Position numbers and translations under genes: made by a program. 64,000 bases of DNA from an uncultured Acidobacteriaceae bacterium (GTDB lineage: Bacteria; Acidobacteriota; Terriglobia; Terriglobales; Acidobacteriaceae). The stretch spans positions 334,421-398,420 of the forward strand of contig CAWFHH010000002.1 in assembly GCA_963815555.1 (NCBI GenBank). Reading direction: 5' to 3'. Positions 45,861 to 55,957 of the stretch are shown here, one piece after another. Each line of letters begins with the position of its first letter. The first letter of the stretch is position 1. The notes beneath the pieces are model-generated. The model saw only the letters and a program-made list of their open reading frames with translations, was not told where the DNA came from and did not search any database.

Positions 45861-48800
45861 ATGATTCTGGCGCTTCTGCTGTGCTTCTCGTTAGTTTCGC
45901 CGCTGCTGGCGCAAGACGACGCCGATACAGCGGTGTCGTTCTCGCTTACCAGCCAACGCACCTATTTGCCGGGAGAGAAGCCGGAGGTCTCGGTCTACTC
46001 GCATAACGTCGGTTCGCTGGACTTCCGCGTATACCGGGTGAATGATCCGATTAAATTTTTCGCCCAATTGCAGGACTTGCACACCTTTGGCGGGCAGGCG
46101 CCGCGCATGCCGAGGCAGGCGCACACCTGGCTGGAAAAGTTTCATGCCTGGAAGCACCGTCGCTGGGCGTGGGTGCGCGACTTCGTGCGTGCGCAGTTTT
46201 CGCCAGGATCGCGACACGAGATCCGGATATGGCAGGCGGGAGCCAGGGAGGAGAAAAAGAGTCCGCAGGCGCAAAGCTATGCCCAGGTGCCGATCCTGAA
46301 TCAGCAACAAGTGGTGTCGGTGTGGAAGTGGACGGTACCAGCGCATGAGCGTTGGGAGAGTCAAGCGGTACCGGTTCCCGTGACCGACAAGGGCGTGTAC
46401 CTGGTCGAGGCGACGAACGGAACGCTGCGCGCTTACACCATCCTCGTGATCACCGAGATTGCCGTCATCACCAAGGCCGCGCCCGGCAGGCTGATGAGCT
46501 TTGTCGTCGATCGCCGCACGGGAGACCCGATTGCCGGAGCGCAGCTGCGGGTGTGGAGCGACGGCAAGCAAGTTGCCGCCAAGCCCACTGACGCACAAGG
46601 TCTGATGGACACGTCGATCGAGGTCGGCAAAGAAGCCAACGTCGCGGTGCTGGTCACCAGCGGCGACCAGTTTACTGTCAACACTCCAGGTGCGTGGAGC
46701 CTGGGGAATAATCCCGATCAAAACCTGAAGGGCTACACGTACACCGATCGGCCTGTCTACCGGCCGGGCGACACGGTGCATTTCAAGACGATTGTGCGGG
46801 CGCAGGCGATGAGCGGTTATCAGGTTCCGCGCAATCGCGACCTGCGGCTGGAGATGCGCGATCCGCAAACCTATCAGCCGATGTGGACGCAGACGGTGAC
46901 GTTGTCGGGCATGGGAACCGCGCATTGGGACTACACCATTCCTGCCGATGCCAAGCTCGGTTTCTACTACCTTTCGATGCAGGCGGGGGAGACCTATGTC
47001 GAGGGGACGAGCTTCTCCGTCGAGGATTACAAGAAGCCTGAGTACCAGGTGAAGGTAACGGCGCAGACGCCGCGCGTATTGCAGGGGCAGCCGATCAAGG
47101 CGACCATCGACGCGCGTTATTACTTCGGCGAGCCAGTTGCCAACGCGAAGGTGACGTGGGTGGTGCACGCCACTCCTTACTGGCCCGTGCCGCGTGAGGA
47201 CGATGACGAGCAGGTCCAGGCTGGTGCTGCTGAAGGCGACGAAGAAGGCGACACCAGCGGTGGCGAGCAGCAGAGCGAGAATACCGGGAAGCTCGATGCG
47301 GACGGCAAACTGCAGATCACGATTCCGACCCGCGTAAACAGCAAGAAGCAGGACCAGACCTACCGTATTGAAGCGCGCGTGACCGACGCCGGCAATCGCG
47401 AGATCGCAGGGCGCGGCTTTGCCATTGCGACCTATGGCAGCTTCTTCGTCACCGCGCAGCCGGACGCCTATGTCTACAGCAAGGGAAGCGTGGCGACCAT
47501 CAACGTCATCGCGCAGGACTATGACAAGAAGCCGGTGGAGACAGCGTTTCGTGTGGAGATGAATCGCTGGGACTGGCGCAAGGGCGCACTCGCTTCGGTT
47601 GCCACGGCGCAAGGTCAAACCGACGTGAGCGGCAAGGGGCAGGTCAAGCTCACAATTCCGGAAGCAGGCGAGTTCCGCGTACTGGTGACGGCCACGACGC
47701 CGGAGAAGCGCGACGTGCAGGCAAGCGCGTTTCTGTGGGCGCCGGGCGAGAGTCCGTGGTTCAGCGGCCCGACCGAGGAGCGGGTGCAAATCGTGCCGGA
47801 TAAGAAGACCTACCAGGCGGGCGATGTGGCGCATGTGCTGATCGTGACCGGCAAGGGGAACACCTCGGCGCTGGTGACGGCCGAGGGTAACGGCCTCTAT
47901 TCCGGCCAGGTGGTGAAGAGTACGGGCGGCAGCATCACGGTTGACGTGCCGGTCAAGGCCGAGTATGCGCCCAACTTCTATGTGGCGGCGGTCTTTATTC
48001 GCGGCAACAGGCTGTACCAGGGCTCGAAGAGCCTGAAGGTGCCTCCGGTGCAGCACGAGATGAACGTGCAACTGCTGCCCGCGAAGCCGCAGTATCAGCC
48101 GGGCGAGGCGGCCACCTATACCTTGAAGGCGACGGACGCCAGCGGCAAGGGAGTCGCGGGGGCCGAGTTCAGCCTGGGCGTGGTTGACGAGGCGATTTAC
48201 GCCATCAAACCGGAGACGGTCCCGCCGATCCTGAATGCGTTCTACGGAACGATTTATTCGCGGGTGAGCACCGAGAGTTCACTGAGCTACTACTTCACCG
48301 GTCAGGCGGGCAAGCGCGCCATGCAACTGGCGGCGGTGCGATCGCGCAGTGGCCTGGCGCAGTTGAAGCCCGAGCGACTGGTGCAGCCCAAGATTCGCAA
48401 GGCGTTTCCCGATACAGCTTACTGGGTGGCGGACCTGCGCACCGATAGTAACGGACAGGCGACGGTGAAATTCAATTATCCCGACGCCATCACCTCGTGG
48501 CGTGGGACTACGCGAGGCGTGACCCAGGACACGAAGGTCGGCGGCGCGGTGGTGAACACCATTGTTCGCAAGAACCTGATGGTGCGGCTGGTGGTGCCAC
48601 GATTCTTCCGGCGCGGCGATGAGATCACGTTGTCGACGATCGTGCAGAATTACCTGCCGATGGAGAAGACAGCCCACGTTTCGATGGACTTTACGGGTTT
48701 GCAGGTGATCGATGGCGGGGAGAAGAACGTGGCGGTTCCGAGCCGCGGACTGATGAAGGTGGATTACCGCGTGCGCGTGCTCGACGTTGACTCGGCGCGC

Positions 48801-50492
48801 GTGCTGGGCAAAGCGCTGACGGATGCCGAGAGCGATGCGATGGAGTTGACGCTGCCGGTGGTTCCGTTTGGCGTGAAGCTGGCGGTCGCGAAATCGGGCT
48901 CGGTGGCAGGCACGGGAACCAACGACACAACGCAAACCATCGAGTTTCCGGCGGAGACCGAAGCCGGCACGCGCAAGCTGTCGGTGAGCCTGACGCCGTC
49001 GATTGCCGGGACGGTGTTTGCGGCGCTCGACTATCTCACCTCTTATCCTTACGGCTGCACCGAGCAGACCATGTCGAGCTTCCTGCCCGACGTGCTGGTT
49101 GCCGATGCGATGAAGAAGCTGGAGGTGAAATCGAATATCGATCCGGCGACACTGAACAAGCAGGTCAACGCCGGGCTGGATCGGCTGTACACCTATCAAC
49201 ATCCTGATGGCGGTTGGGGCTGGTGGCAGACCGACGACAGCGCCGCGTTTATGACCGCGTACGTGCTTGCCGGGCTGAGCCAGGCGAAGGCCGCGGGCTC
49301 GGACGTGAAGCAAGAGGCGATCGACAAAGCAATTGCGTGGTTGCGGCCACAGTTCGATCGGTCGCAGAAGGTGAAGACGGATTTGCGGGCCTATATGGCC
49401 TACGCGCTGGTGATCAGTGGAACGCGGGATCCGGCGGTGCTGAATTCGGTATGGGAGCAGCGTTCGACGCTGACATCGTACGCGCAGGCGTTACTCGGAC
49501 TGGCGATGGCCGAGGCCGGCGACGCGCGGGCCCAGGAGTTGGCGAAGCAGCTCGAAGCTGCGGCGAAGCAGGATGACTCGCAGGCCTGGTGGCCGAGCGA
49601 TAGCAATTACCTGATGGAATACTCGGGAGACACCACGCCCGAGACGACCGCGTACGCGCTAAAGCTGATCAACCGGGAAGACGCGAGCAGCCCGCTGCTG
49701 GCGAAGGCGGCGGATTACCTGGTGACGCATCGCAGCCAAGGCTACTACTGGGAGTCGACCGAGCAGACGGCGATGGTGATCTATGGGCTGACCGATTACC
49801 TGGAGCGCACGCAGGAGCTCAAGCCGAACTATAGTGTCGAGGTCCAGGTGAATGGCAAGACGGTCACGACCAAGAAATTTACCATAGCGGACGCGATGGC
49901 CCCTGCTACCACCGTGACCCTCAGCGAGGCGCAACTCGCGCCGGGCGCGAACCAGGTGCGCATCGTGAAGACCGGCGACGGCCGGTTGTATTGGTCGGCG
50001 CGCGGCGACTACTACTCCAATGCATCGAAAATAGTGAACTCCGGCACGTTCCAACTAAGCACCGTGCGCGAGTACTACAAACTGACGCCGCAACAGAAAG
50101 ACGGCCGCGTGGTCTACCACCTCGATGCGTTGCCGGGAGCAGTGCGGGTGGGCGACACGCTGGCGGTGCGGATCACGGTCGGCGGCAACGACTGGAAGTA
50201 TCTGATGATCGAAGATCCGATTCCGTCGGGAACGGAGTCGATCGCCCGCGACGATCTGTACGAGCTCGATGACCGGCCCAACTGGTGGGGCGGCTTCTTC
50301 AGCGATCGCGAGCTGCGCGACGATCGCACCACGTTCTTCAACTATTACTTCCCTCGTGGGCAGCATGAGTACGTCTACCTGTTGAAAGTGGTGAACCCGG
50401 GCGTCTTCCGCGTGAGCCCGACCAGCGTGCAGCCGATGTATCAGCCGGAATATCTTTCGACCAGCGGTCCGTTGACGGTGACGGTGCAATGA
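45861..50492 (+). CDS. bacterial alpha-2-macroglobulin with an intact thioester motif
   Basis: Start MILALLLCFSLVSPLLAQ (signal peptide), about 1540 aa. Thioester SYPYGCTEQTMSSF, with an MG-domain-like N-terminus. The listed ORF from 44832 reads through repeat DNA and was trimmed. Confidence 0.9.
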   Translation: MILALLLCFSLVSPLLAQDDADTAVSFSLTSQRTYLPGEKPEVSVYSHNVGSLDFRVYRVNDPIKFFAQLQDLHTFGGQAPRMPRQAHTWLEKFHAWKHRRWAWVRDFVRAQFSPGSRHEIRIWQAGAREEKKSPQAQSYAQVPILNQQQVVSVWKWTVPAHERWESQAVPVPVTDKGVYLVEATNGTLRAYTILVITEIAVITKAAPGRLMSFVVDRRTGDPIAGAQLRVWSDGKQVAAKPTDAQGLMDTSIEVGKEANVAVLVTSGDQFTVNTPGAWSLGNNPDQNLKGYTYTDRPVYRPGDTVHFKTIVRAQAMSGYQVPRNRDLRLEMRDPQTYQPMWTQTVTLSGMGTAHWDYTIPADAKLGFYYLSMQAGETYVEGTSFSVEDYKKPEYQVKVTAQTPRVLQGQPIKATIDARYYFGEPVANAKVTWVVHATPYWPVPREDDDEQVQAGAAEGDEEGDTSGGEQQSENTGKLDADGKLQITIPTRVNSKKQDQTYRIEARVTDAGNREIAGRGFAIATYGSFFVTAQPDAYVYSKGSVATINVIAQDYDKKPVETAFRVEMNRWDWRKGALASVATAQGQTDVSGKGQVKLTIPEAGEFRVLVTATTPEKRDVQASAFLWAPGESPWFSGPTEERVQIVPDKKTYQAGDVAHVLIVTGKGNTSALVTAEGNGLYSGQVVKSTGGSITVDVPVKAEYAPNFYVAAVFIRGNRLYQGSKSLKVPPVQHEMNVQLLPAKPQYQPGEAATYTLKATDASGKGVAGAEFSLGVVDEAIYAIKPETVPPILNAFYGTIYSRVSTESSLSYYFTGQAGKRAMQLAAVRSRSGLAQLKPERLVQPKIRKAFPDTAYWVADLRTDSNGQATVKFNYPDAITSWRGTTRGVTQDTKVGGAVVNTIVRKNLMVRLVVPRFFRRGDEITLSTIVQNYLPMEKTAHVSMDFTGLQVIDGGEKNVAVPSRGLMKVDYRVRVLDVDSARVLGKALTDAESDAMELTLPVVPFGVKLAVAKSGSVAGTGTNDTTQTIEFPAETEAGTRKLSVSLTPSIAGTVFAALDYLTSYPYGCTEQTMSSFLPDVLVADAMKKLEVKSNIDPATLNKQVNAGLDRLYTYQHPDGGWGWWQTDDSAAFMTAYVLAGLSQAKAAGSDVKQEAIDKAIAWLRPQFDRSQKVKTDLRAYMAYALVISGTRDPAVLNSVWEQRSTLTSYAQALLGLAMAEAGDARAQELAKQLEAAAKQDDSQAWWPSDSNYLMEYSGDTTPETTAYALKLINREDASSPLLAKAADYLVTHRSQGYYWESTEQTAMVIYGLTDYLERTQELKPNYSVEVQVNGKTVTTKKFTIADAMAPATTVTLSEAQLAPGANQVRIVKTGDGRLYWSARGDYYSNASKIVNSGTFQLSTVREYYKLTPQQKDGRVVYHLDALPGAVRVGDTLAVRITVGGNDWKYLMIEDPIPSGTESIARDDLYELDDRPNWWGGFFSDRELRDDRTTFFNYYFPRGQHEYVYLLKVVNPGVFRVSPTSVQPMYQPEYLSTSGPLTVTVQ

Positions 50493-51256
50493 ACACGACC
50501 ACCAATTCGAACCGGCCGGGCGTGGCGAAACTCTGGCTGCTGAACGTTCTCGGCAACGCGGCTGCGCTTTCGGTCGCCTATTTCTGGCTGGTGATTCCCG
50601 ATGCGCGAGGCTGGCAAGTGGCCGGCTCGGCAGTGCTGGCGATACTTGTCGTTTTTCTCATAGCCTGGCTGCGAGCGGGAACGTTCGCGTACTTCCGGGT
50701 TGCCGAGTTCCGGCAGCAGGGCGAAGCAGGCGATGCGTTTCGTCGAGGATTGCGGCACGTCATTCCTCTCATGATCTTGGCGGCGGTGTTTGCGTTGCTG
50801 GCATGGTGCTTGTGGAGCCTGTACCTTTACACGCCGCAATTCGGGGTGTGGTTGCGACAGAAGATGGGCGGCGGAGCGTCGCCTCGAACTGTGACGCGGG
50901 TAGCGGACTGGCTCATCACCGCGGTGATGTGCATACTCCTGCCGGCGCTGTGGCTGCCGGTCGCCAGCACGGTGTCCGCTTTTGGCGTACAAGCGGCGCG
51001 GGTCAAGCGCAGCTGGAGAGTGCTGAAGCGCACGCGCTATTGGCTATGGTTGTGCGTGTTGTTGGCGCTCGGGGCGTACGTGCCGTATCGGCTGGTGTGG
51101 TGGATTCCGCAATTCGAAACCGTGCGTGCCCAGGCATGGAGCATGGGGCTGCGCTTTCTCGCGGCGTATCTCATCGCGGTTACGGCGTGGGTTGCGCTGA
51201 ATTGGATGGTGGGGGTGTTTGTGGAGCGGGAAGATACGGGACCGGCCTCGGATTAG
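50489..51256 (+). CDS. polytopic membrane protein, translationally coupled to the macroglobulin gene
   Basis: ATGA start/stop overlap at 50489-50492. About six hydrophobic segments. No family recognised. Confidence 0.65.
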   Translation: MNTTTNSNRPGVAKLWLLNVLGNAAALSVAYFWLVIPDARGWQVAGSAVLAILVVFLIAWLRAGTFAYFRVAEFRQQGEAGDAFRRGLRHVIPLMILAAVFALLAWCLWSLYLYTPQFGVWLRQKMGGGASPRTVTRVADWLITAVMCILLPALWLPVASTVSAFGVQAARVKRSWRVLKRTRYWLWLCVLLALGAYVPYRLVWWIPQFETVRAQAWSMGLRFLAAYLIAVTAWVALNWMVGVFVEREDTGPASD

Positions 51257-51312
51257 TGGGTGATGCCGGTGCCGTGCCTCGATGTGCCTCGTTCTCCACT
51301 CCCTTTCTGTAC

Positions 51313-51453
51313 TGTCATCCCGAGAGAGGACGTAAGTCCGACGAGGGATCTGCGGTTCCCGGTCGAAATATGCGGGAGGCGAGGGCGGTACACCCGGACA
51401 GCGTAGCCAATGGACCGCAGGTCCCTCACGGCTGAAGCCGCTTCGGGATGACA
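51313..51453. mobile_element. MITE-like element (family C) with ~40-bp imperfect terminal inverted repeats
   Basis: Left arm TGTCATCCCGAGAGAGGACGTAAGTCCGACGAGGGATCTGCGG. Right arm CCGCAGGTCCCTCACGGCTGAAGCCGCTTCGGGATGACA. Confidence 0.6.
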
Positions 51454-51573
51454 AACATGAAATATTCCGGCTTAGGATGGCAAAGGTAAAAGTCTCAGTC
51501 GGCGTACCTGAAGGTACGCCCCTTCAAGATCGCTCCTCGACAGCTCCGCACTACAACCGCATCTACAACCGCT

Positions 51574-53328
51574 CTACAACCCCGCGGGCAGGCCGTTCTG
51601 CACCCATTTCATCACTTCAGGCTTTCCGTACTTGCGGACGAGTTGCGCGACGCGCTCGCGCGCGCTTGCGTAGGCTTGCCGCAGTTGCTGTTCGCTGGCG
51701 GGATCACGCATTGTCTTTTCCAGCGCCGCGACGTCCTGCGACCCGACAGAATTGGGAGACTGAGAGTCAGGCTCGCTCAGGTAGAGCACGAGTCCCTCGC
51801 GGAACCACAACGGGGTTCCGGGCCGGGCATTTGCTTCGATGAGCATGTGCAGCAGTTCATGACGCAGTGTGCCGTCGAGCGTGCCCGCTGCCCGAAGCAC
51901 CTCGGGCGGCTGCAACTGGATGGTGCGCCCGCGAGTGGTGGCGGCCACCCATCCCGGCTCGCCGGTTGAGTTGCGAAAGAGTGCAACCGTTGCGTAGACC
52001 TTCAGCCGCGGCATTGGTTGCAAGACCAACCCGGTATCGGTCTCGGACTCGCGCAACAATCGGGTGGCCAGCGGAAGTAAGCTGCCATCCCGGTCCGGCT
52101 GGGTGGTCAGAAGTTCGATCGTTTCGTTCGAGAGCTTCTGCCATGGTATAGCCTGCGCATTCACACCGAGCCTGGCTCCCGGATAGTAAAAGCCCAGGAT
52201 CTCGCGATAGGAGTGTCCTTCCTCGCCCATGACCTCGGCGCCGACCTGGCAGAGTCCGACACCATGTCCCGATCCGCGGCCATTGAAAACGATGTGATCG
52301 CCCGCGTTGGTCACGTCGTACCAGTTGCTCTTCAGCCGCTCCCAGCCGATGTGGCGCCCGATGGCAAAGCGGAAGGCCGGGGCGGGGACGGTAATGGCAC
52401 CACTTCCGGTGAGGCGCAGGAATTCCACGCGGCCGCTGGGTGTGCGATGGAGCACGGACACGCTGCGCAACTTCCCTGGGACTGCGACGCCATCCGCGGC
52501 CAAGGCGCGTTGCAGATCGCGCGTCGAGACTTCGGTGCGCCACTGACTGCCGCCGTTGCGGATGCAGTACTGGTCGGAGTGCTGTTGCAGGTAGGGCGCG
52601 GGGGTCTCGTCGTTCCCCATCAGGTACCGGCCATCTTCGGTGGTTCCCCCGCAGTTGGCATGGTAGTAGGTCGCAGCCGGCTTGCCCTCGTACCAGAGAA
52701 TCTCGCCTGCCGTGGAGTTCGCGATTGTTCGCAGCCTGTCGGTAATACCGCCGGCTCGCAGATCCTGGCAGTGCGTGGTATCGCAGAAGTCGAAACCCTC
52801 TTGCGCGTGCCGGCTGCCGAAGTGAAGGGCGAAGGTGCGGGCGGCAACCGCGATGGCCTTCAGCGCCTCGTCCGACTTGAAGTTGCCCGCCTCGCCTGCC
52901 AGGACTCCGGCAATGTACTCCTCCATCGGCATGGTCGCGACCACGAGCAGGCGGCCTTCGGCAGCGCGGACCTCGACCGGGAAGTCGGCCTTCAGCGGCG
53001 GTCCTTCCGTGGGGATGATTTGATACGCGCCGGTGATCTCGACCTCCGTGGTTGCGGATTTGCCGTCGAGCTGGAGGCGCGAGGCGGTGGCATGGAAGGT
53101 GAGCGAAGCAAGGTCGACCTGCTTGCAGTTGTCGCACTTGCGTAGCTGGGCCTTGTCCGGAGCAGCTTTGAATCGCAATTCCCGCGGAGGGTGCAGATAC
53201 CAGAACCGAACCCGGACCGTCTGCGGAAAGCCGGCGCTGGCCGTGGGCGCAGTCTTTTCGCGGGCAGGCGTAGTGCCTGCGCTCCACACAAGCAGCAATA
53301 CAGCCACAGCCGCAAGCAGTCGCCTCAC
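51574..53328 (-). CDS. SpoIID/LytB-domain protein fused to a C-terminal HExxH (MA-clan-like) domain
   Basis: GTG start overlapping the upstream stop (GTGA). EEYIAGVLAGEAG...EALKAIAVAARTF...CDTTHCQ...YYHANCGG is SpoIID-like. The C-terminal region contains LRHELLHMLIE. Confidence 0.85.
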   Translation of the reverse strand: MRRLLAAVAVLLLVWSAGTTPAREKTAPTASAGFPQTVRVRFWYLHPPRELRFKAAPDKAQLRKCDNCKQVDLASLTFHATASRLQLDGKSATTEVEITGAYQIIPTEGPPLKADFPVEVRAAEGRLLVVATMPMEEYIAGVLAGEAGNFKSDEALKAIAVAARTFALHFGSRHAQEGFDFCDTTHCQDLRAGGITDRLRTIANSTAGEILWYEGKPAATYYHANCGGTTEDGRYLMGNDETPAPYLQQHSDQYCIRNGGSQWRTEVSTRDLQRALAADGVAVPGKLRSVSVLHRTPSGRVEFLRLTGSGAITVPAPAFRFAIGRHIGWERLKSNWYDVTNAGDHIVFNGRGSGHGVGLCQVGAEVMGEEGHSYREILGFYYPGARLGVNAQAIPWQKLSNETIELLTTQPDRDGSLLPLATRLLRESETDTGLVLQPMPRLKVYATVALFRNSTGEPGWVAATTRGRTIQLQPPEVLRAAGTLDGTLRHELLHMLIEANARPGTPLWFREGLVLYLSEPDSQSPNSVGSQDVAALEKTMRDPASEQQLRQAYASARERVAQLVRKYGKPEVMKWVQNGLPAGL

Positions 53329-54266
53329 GGGTTGCGGCCTTTGCCGGGCGACGAGGCAGAGGCCATCGCGCTGGCGAACGCTTCGAAGATTTCTTGTGCG
53401 ACTGAGGCGGCATCGGAGCCGCCGTGACCTTTTTCCAGGAAGACCACCAGGGCAATCTCAGGTTTGTCTGCCGGGGCGTAGCCGGCGAACCAGGCGTGCG
53501 TCCAAGGGCCCTCATCGGCCGGGGCTGTGCCCGTCTTGCCTGCAACCCTCAAGGAAGATGCGGGCTTCGCTGCGTGTCCCATGCCATAGGAGACGGACTG
53601 TATGAGTCCATCGAACAGGGGTTCCAACTTTGGGTTGTCTTTCTTTGACAGCAGCGCCAGTTGGCGATAGGCGGACAGTAACTCGATTGGGGTGAGACTC
53701 ACGCCCCATTCGCCGATGGCCTGTAGCTGGAGTTCTTCCGGAGAATGCGCCAAGTCGACGAAACCGGTGGCTTCGGCCGGCAGCAGTCCCGAGGTCGCGG
53801 CGAAACCTGCCTGCAAGAAGGCGTCTCGCAACTGCTGCGGGGTAAGCCGGGTAGCGACGCTGGTGAAATATGAGTTACACGAGTAAGCCAGCGCAGCGGC
53901 CGGATCAAGCGGCTCGGCGGTTTCAGGATGAGTGCAATCGAGCTTGCGGCCTGCGATCGACACCTTCCGTTTGCAGATCAGAGCGGTTTGCGGCCCGACC
54001 TTGCCGGACTCCAACAGTGCCAGAAGCGTAAAGGGCTTGAGGCTTGATCCCGGAGCAACAACCCGGCGGGCTGCCACTTCTGGACGATAGGCGGCCAGAA
54101 TCTTGCCGGACTGCACGCTGATCACGACGGCGGTGCCGCGGCGGCCTGTCATGGCGCGGGTGACGGCGCTCTGCAATCCAGCTGTGTCGCCTTCGGCCAC
54201 GGCACACAGTGTGGAAGTCCACACGAGTAGCGCGGTCATACAGAGGCGCACTGGCCAGGGGAGCAT
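53325..54266 (-). CDS. penicillin-binding transpeptidase-domain protein (no glycosyltransferase or dimerisation domain)
   Basis: Start MLPWPVRLCMTALLVWTSTLCAVA. SxxK (GSSLKPF), SxN (YSCNSYF), KTG (GKTGTA). The upstream ORF extension to 54479 is encoded by a family-C repeat. Confidence 0.8.
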   Translation of the reverse strand: MLPWPVRLCMTALLVWTSTLCAVAEGDTAGLQSAVTRAMTGRRGTAVVISVQSGKILAAYRPEVAARRVVAPGSSLKPFTLLALLESGKVGPQTALICKRKVSIAGRKLDCTHPETAEPLDPAAALAYSCNSYFTSVATRLTPQQLRDAFLQAGFAATSGLLPAEATGFVDLAHSPEELQLQAIGEWGVSLTPIELLSAYRQLALLSKKDNPKLEPLFDGLIQSVSYGMGHAAKPASSLRVAGKTGTAPADEGPWTHAWFAGYAPADKPEIALVVFLEKGHGGSDAASVAQEIFEAFASAMASASSPGKGRNP

Positions 54267-54422
54267 GGCTTCGATTGTAACGGTGCCCCGCGTGAGAATG
54301 AACGCTGTCGACGCAGGAACCGACGCGGTCAACCAGAACTCACTAAATTTCCGAAGAGCATCAGGACAGGGCTTCAACGATGAGGGAACTGTGGCTCCCG
54401 TCAGTATTCCAATGCGGGGGAA

Positions 54423-54460
54423 CCGCAGGTCCCTCACGGCTGAAGCCGTTCGGGATGACA
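54423..54460. repeat. solo family-C arm
   Basis: CCGCAGGTCCCTCACGGCTGAAGCCGTTCGGGATGACA. Confidence 0.75.
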
Positions 54461-54529
54461 GACGGAAGAGGAAAGGCACCCTGGGATCTACCAGATCGCG
54501 CCTGATACAAACGATCTAATCGATAGCTT

Positions 54530-55495
54530 CTACGGAACCAGCACGATCTTCCCGTAGGCGCCGGAATGTTGCATGACTGCTTCGTGTGCCTTGGCGGCGT
54601 CGGCGAGCGAAAATTTCTGGCCGATCACCGGACGCAGGGTTTGTTTTTCCAGAGCGGCGGTGAGTGCCGCGTAGATGGCCTTGCGCTCCTGATCGGAGGC
54701 CAGGACCAGCGTCACACCGCGAATATCGGCTTCACGCGCCATCGCATCGCGAGGATTGATCTCAATGGTGCCACGGTTGCCGATCACTACCGCGCGACCT
54801 CTTTTTGCCAGCACGGTTAGATCTTTGGCAAGATTCTTGTTGGCCAGCATCTCAAGGATGATGTCGGCGCCGCGCCCTTCTGTCAGCTTCATCACCTCGT
54901 CATAGTGCGCGTCGGAGGAATGATCGAGCGCGTGGTGCGCGCCTTCGTCCAGCAGCAATTTCAGGCCGCGCTCGGAGCCGGCAGTGCCGATCACGGTCAT
55001 GCCGGCGGCTCGCGCCATCTGCAAGGCCGAGCTGCCAACGCTGCCACTGGCTCCGTGAATCAGCACAGTCTCTGCGGCCTTGGCTTCTCCACGCTGAAAC
55101 AGACCGTGGTAGGCGGTTCCAGCGGGAATGCCAACGGCAGCGCCCTGTTCGTAGGTGACGTTTGGCGGAAGCGGATGTACCTGGGCTTCCGTGCATAACG
55201 TTAGCTCGGCATACGTCCCGGTGAGCGATCCGGAGGTGTAGACCCGGTCGCCAACCTTAACTTTCTTGACGGATGACCCGACGGCGGCGACGTCTCCCGC
55301 CGCATCCTGTCCCGGAGTATAGGGAAGGTTTGGCTTGACGGCGTAGGTTCCGGTACGGATGTAAGTTTCGACGGGATTCACGCCGGCAGCGCGGACGCGC
55401 ACCAGCACCTGGTCAGGACCGGCTTGCGGGTCGGGAACTTCTTCCAACTTCAAAACCTCGGGGCCGCCGAACTCATGCACGCGAATGGCTTTCAC
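54530..55495 (-). CDS. NADPH:quinone oxidoreductase (zeta-crystallin/MDR family)
   Basis: GTG start after GGAGG, giving (M)KAIRVHEFGGPEVLKLEEVPDP. Also VLIHGASGSVGSSALQMA. Confidence 0.85.
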   Translation of the reverse strand: MKAIRVHEFGGPEVLKLEEVPDPQAGPDQVLVRVRAAGVNPVETYIRTGTYAVKPNLPYTPGQDAAGDVAAVGSSVKKVKVGDRVYTSGSLTGTYAELTLCTEAQVHPLPPNVTYEQGAAVGIPAGTAYHGLFQRGEAKAAETVLIHGASGSVGSSALQMARAAGMTVIGTAGSERGLKLLLDEGAHHALDHSSDAHYDEVMKLTEGRGADIILEMLANKNLAKDLTVLAKRGRAVVIGNRGTIEINPRDAMAREADIRGVTLVLASDQERKAIYAALTAALEKQTLRPVIGQKFSLADAAKAHEAVMQHSGAYGKIVLVP

Positions 55496-55561
55496 AGACG
55501 CCTCCTTAGATAAAGAAACGTAACAGATTTCCACCGCGGTCGGAGAAGTTGCCCGGTGAAG

Positions 55562-55957
55562 TTATGGCTGCCCGAGTGAAGTGTGCAAGGTGCCCACGGG
55601 ACTGGCCAGGGTGCCGCCGCTACCTTGGGCGTCAGGCGAGCTAGCGCGGAAGTAGTAGGTTGTGTCGGGCTGCAGATTGCGCAAGGTAACGCGATGGGTG
55701 TAACCACCCCACGGCATGGCAGAGCCGCTATTCAGGTGGTCGGGATCGGTGCCGAACTGCACGACGGTCCCGGAGCTTACGTTGGTTGTCCAGGCGATCA
55801 CGGCCGAGTTCGCCGTGGTCGATTCCACGACGGGGCCGTGGGTGATCGATGCCTCGACGGAAGCCTGCGGCGTTGCGGGCGTCGAGCGCTCCTGTCCGAG
55901 AACGGGGAAGGCGGTCACCAGCAGAACACAGGCGAGGATTGAGGTTCCGGCTTTCAT
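55562..55957 (-). CDS. small secreted fibronectin-III-like domain protein
   Basis: Signal peptide. ITHGPVVESTTANSAVIAWTT...GTVVQFG...LQPDTTYYF resembles the N-terminal domain of purple acid phosphatase or an FN3 domain. Confidence 0.6.
   Translation of the reverse strand: MKAGTSILACVLLVTAFPVLGQERSTPATPQASVEASITHGPVVESTTANSAVIAWTTNVSSGTVVQFGTDPDHLNSGSAMPWGGYTHRVTLRNLQPDTTYYFRASSPDAQGSGGTLASPVGTLHTSLGQP

Noticed and set aside
45891-48071. 726-aa minus-strand ORF.
   Set aside because: It is antisense to the macroglobulin gene. It is Arg/His/Leu-rich with no motifs, a typical GC-rich shadow ORF.
51857-53545. 562-aa minus-strand ORF overlapping the SpoIID and PBP genes.
   Set aside because: It is an alternative frame of the same strand across two genes with clear family motifs. 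Its composition is extremely Arg/Pro/Gly-rich.
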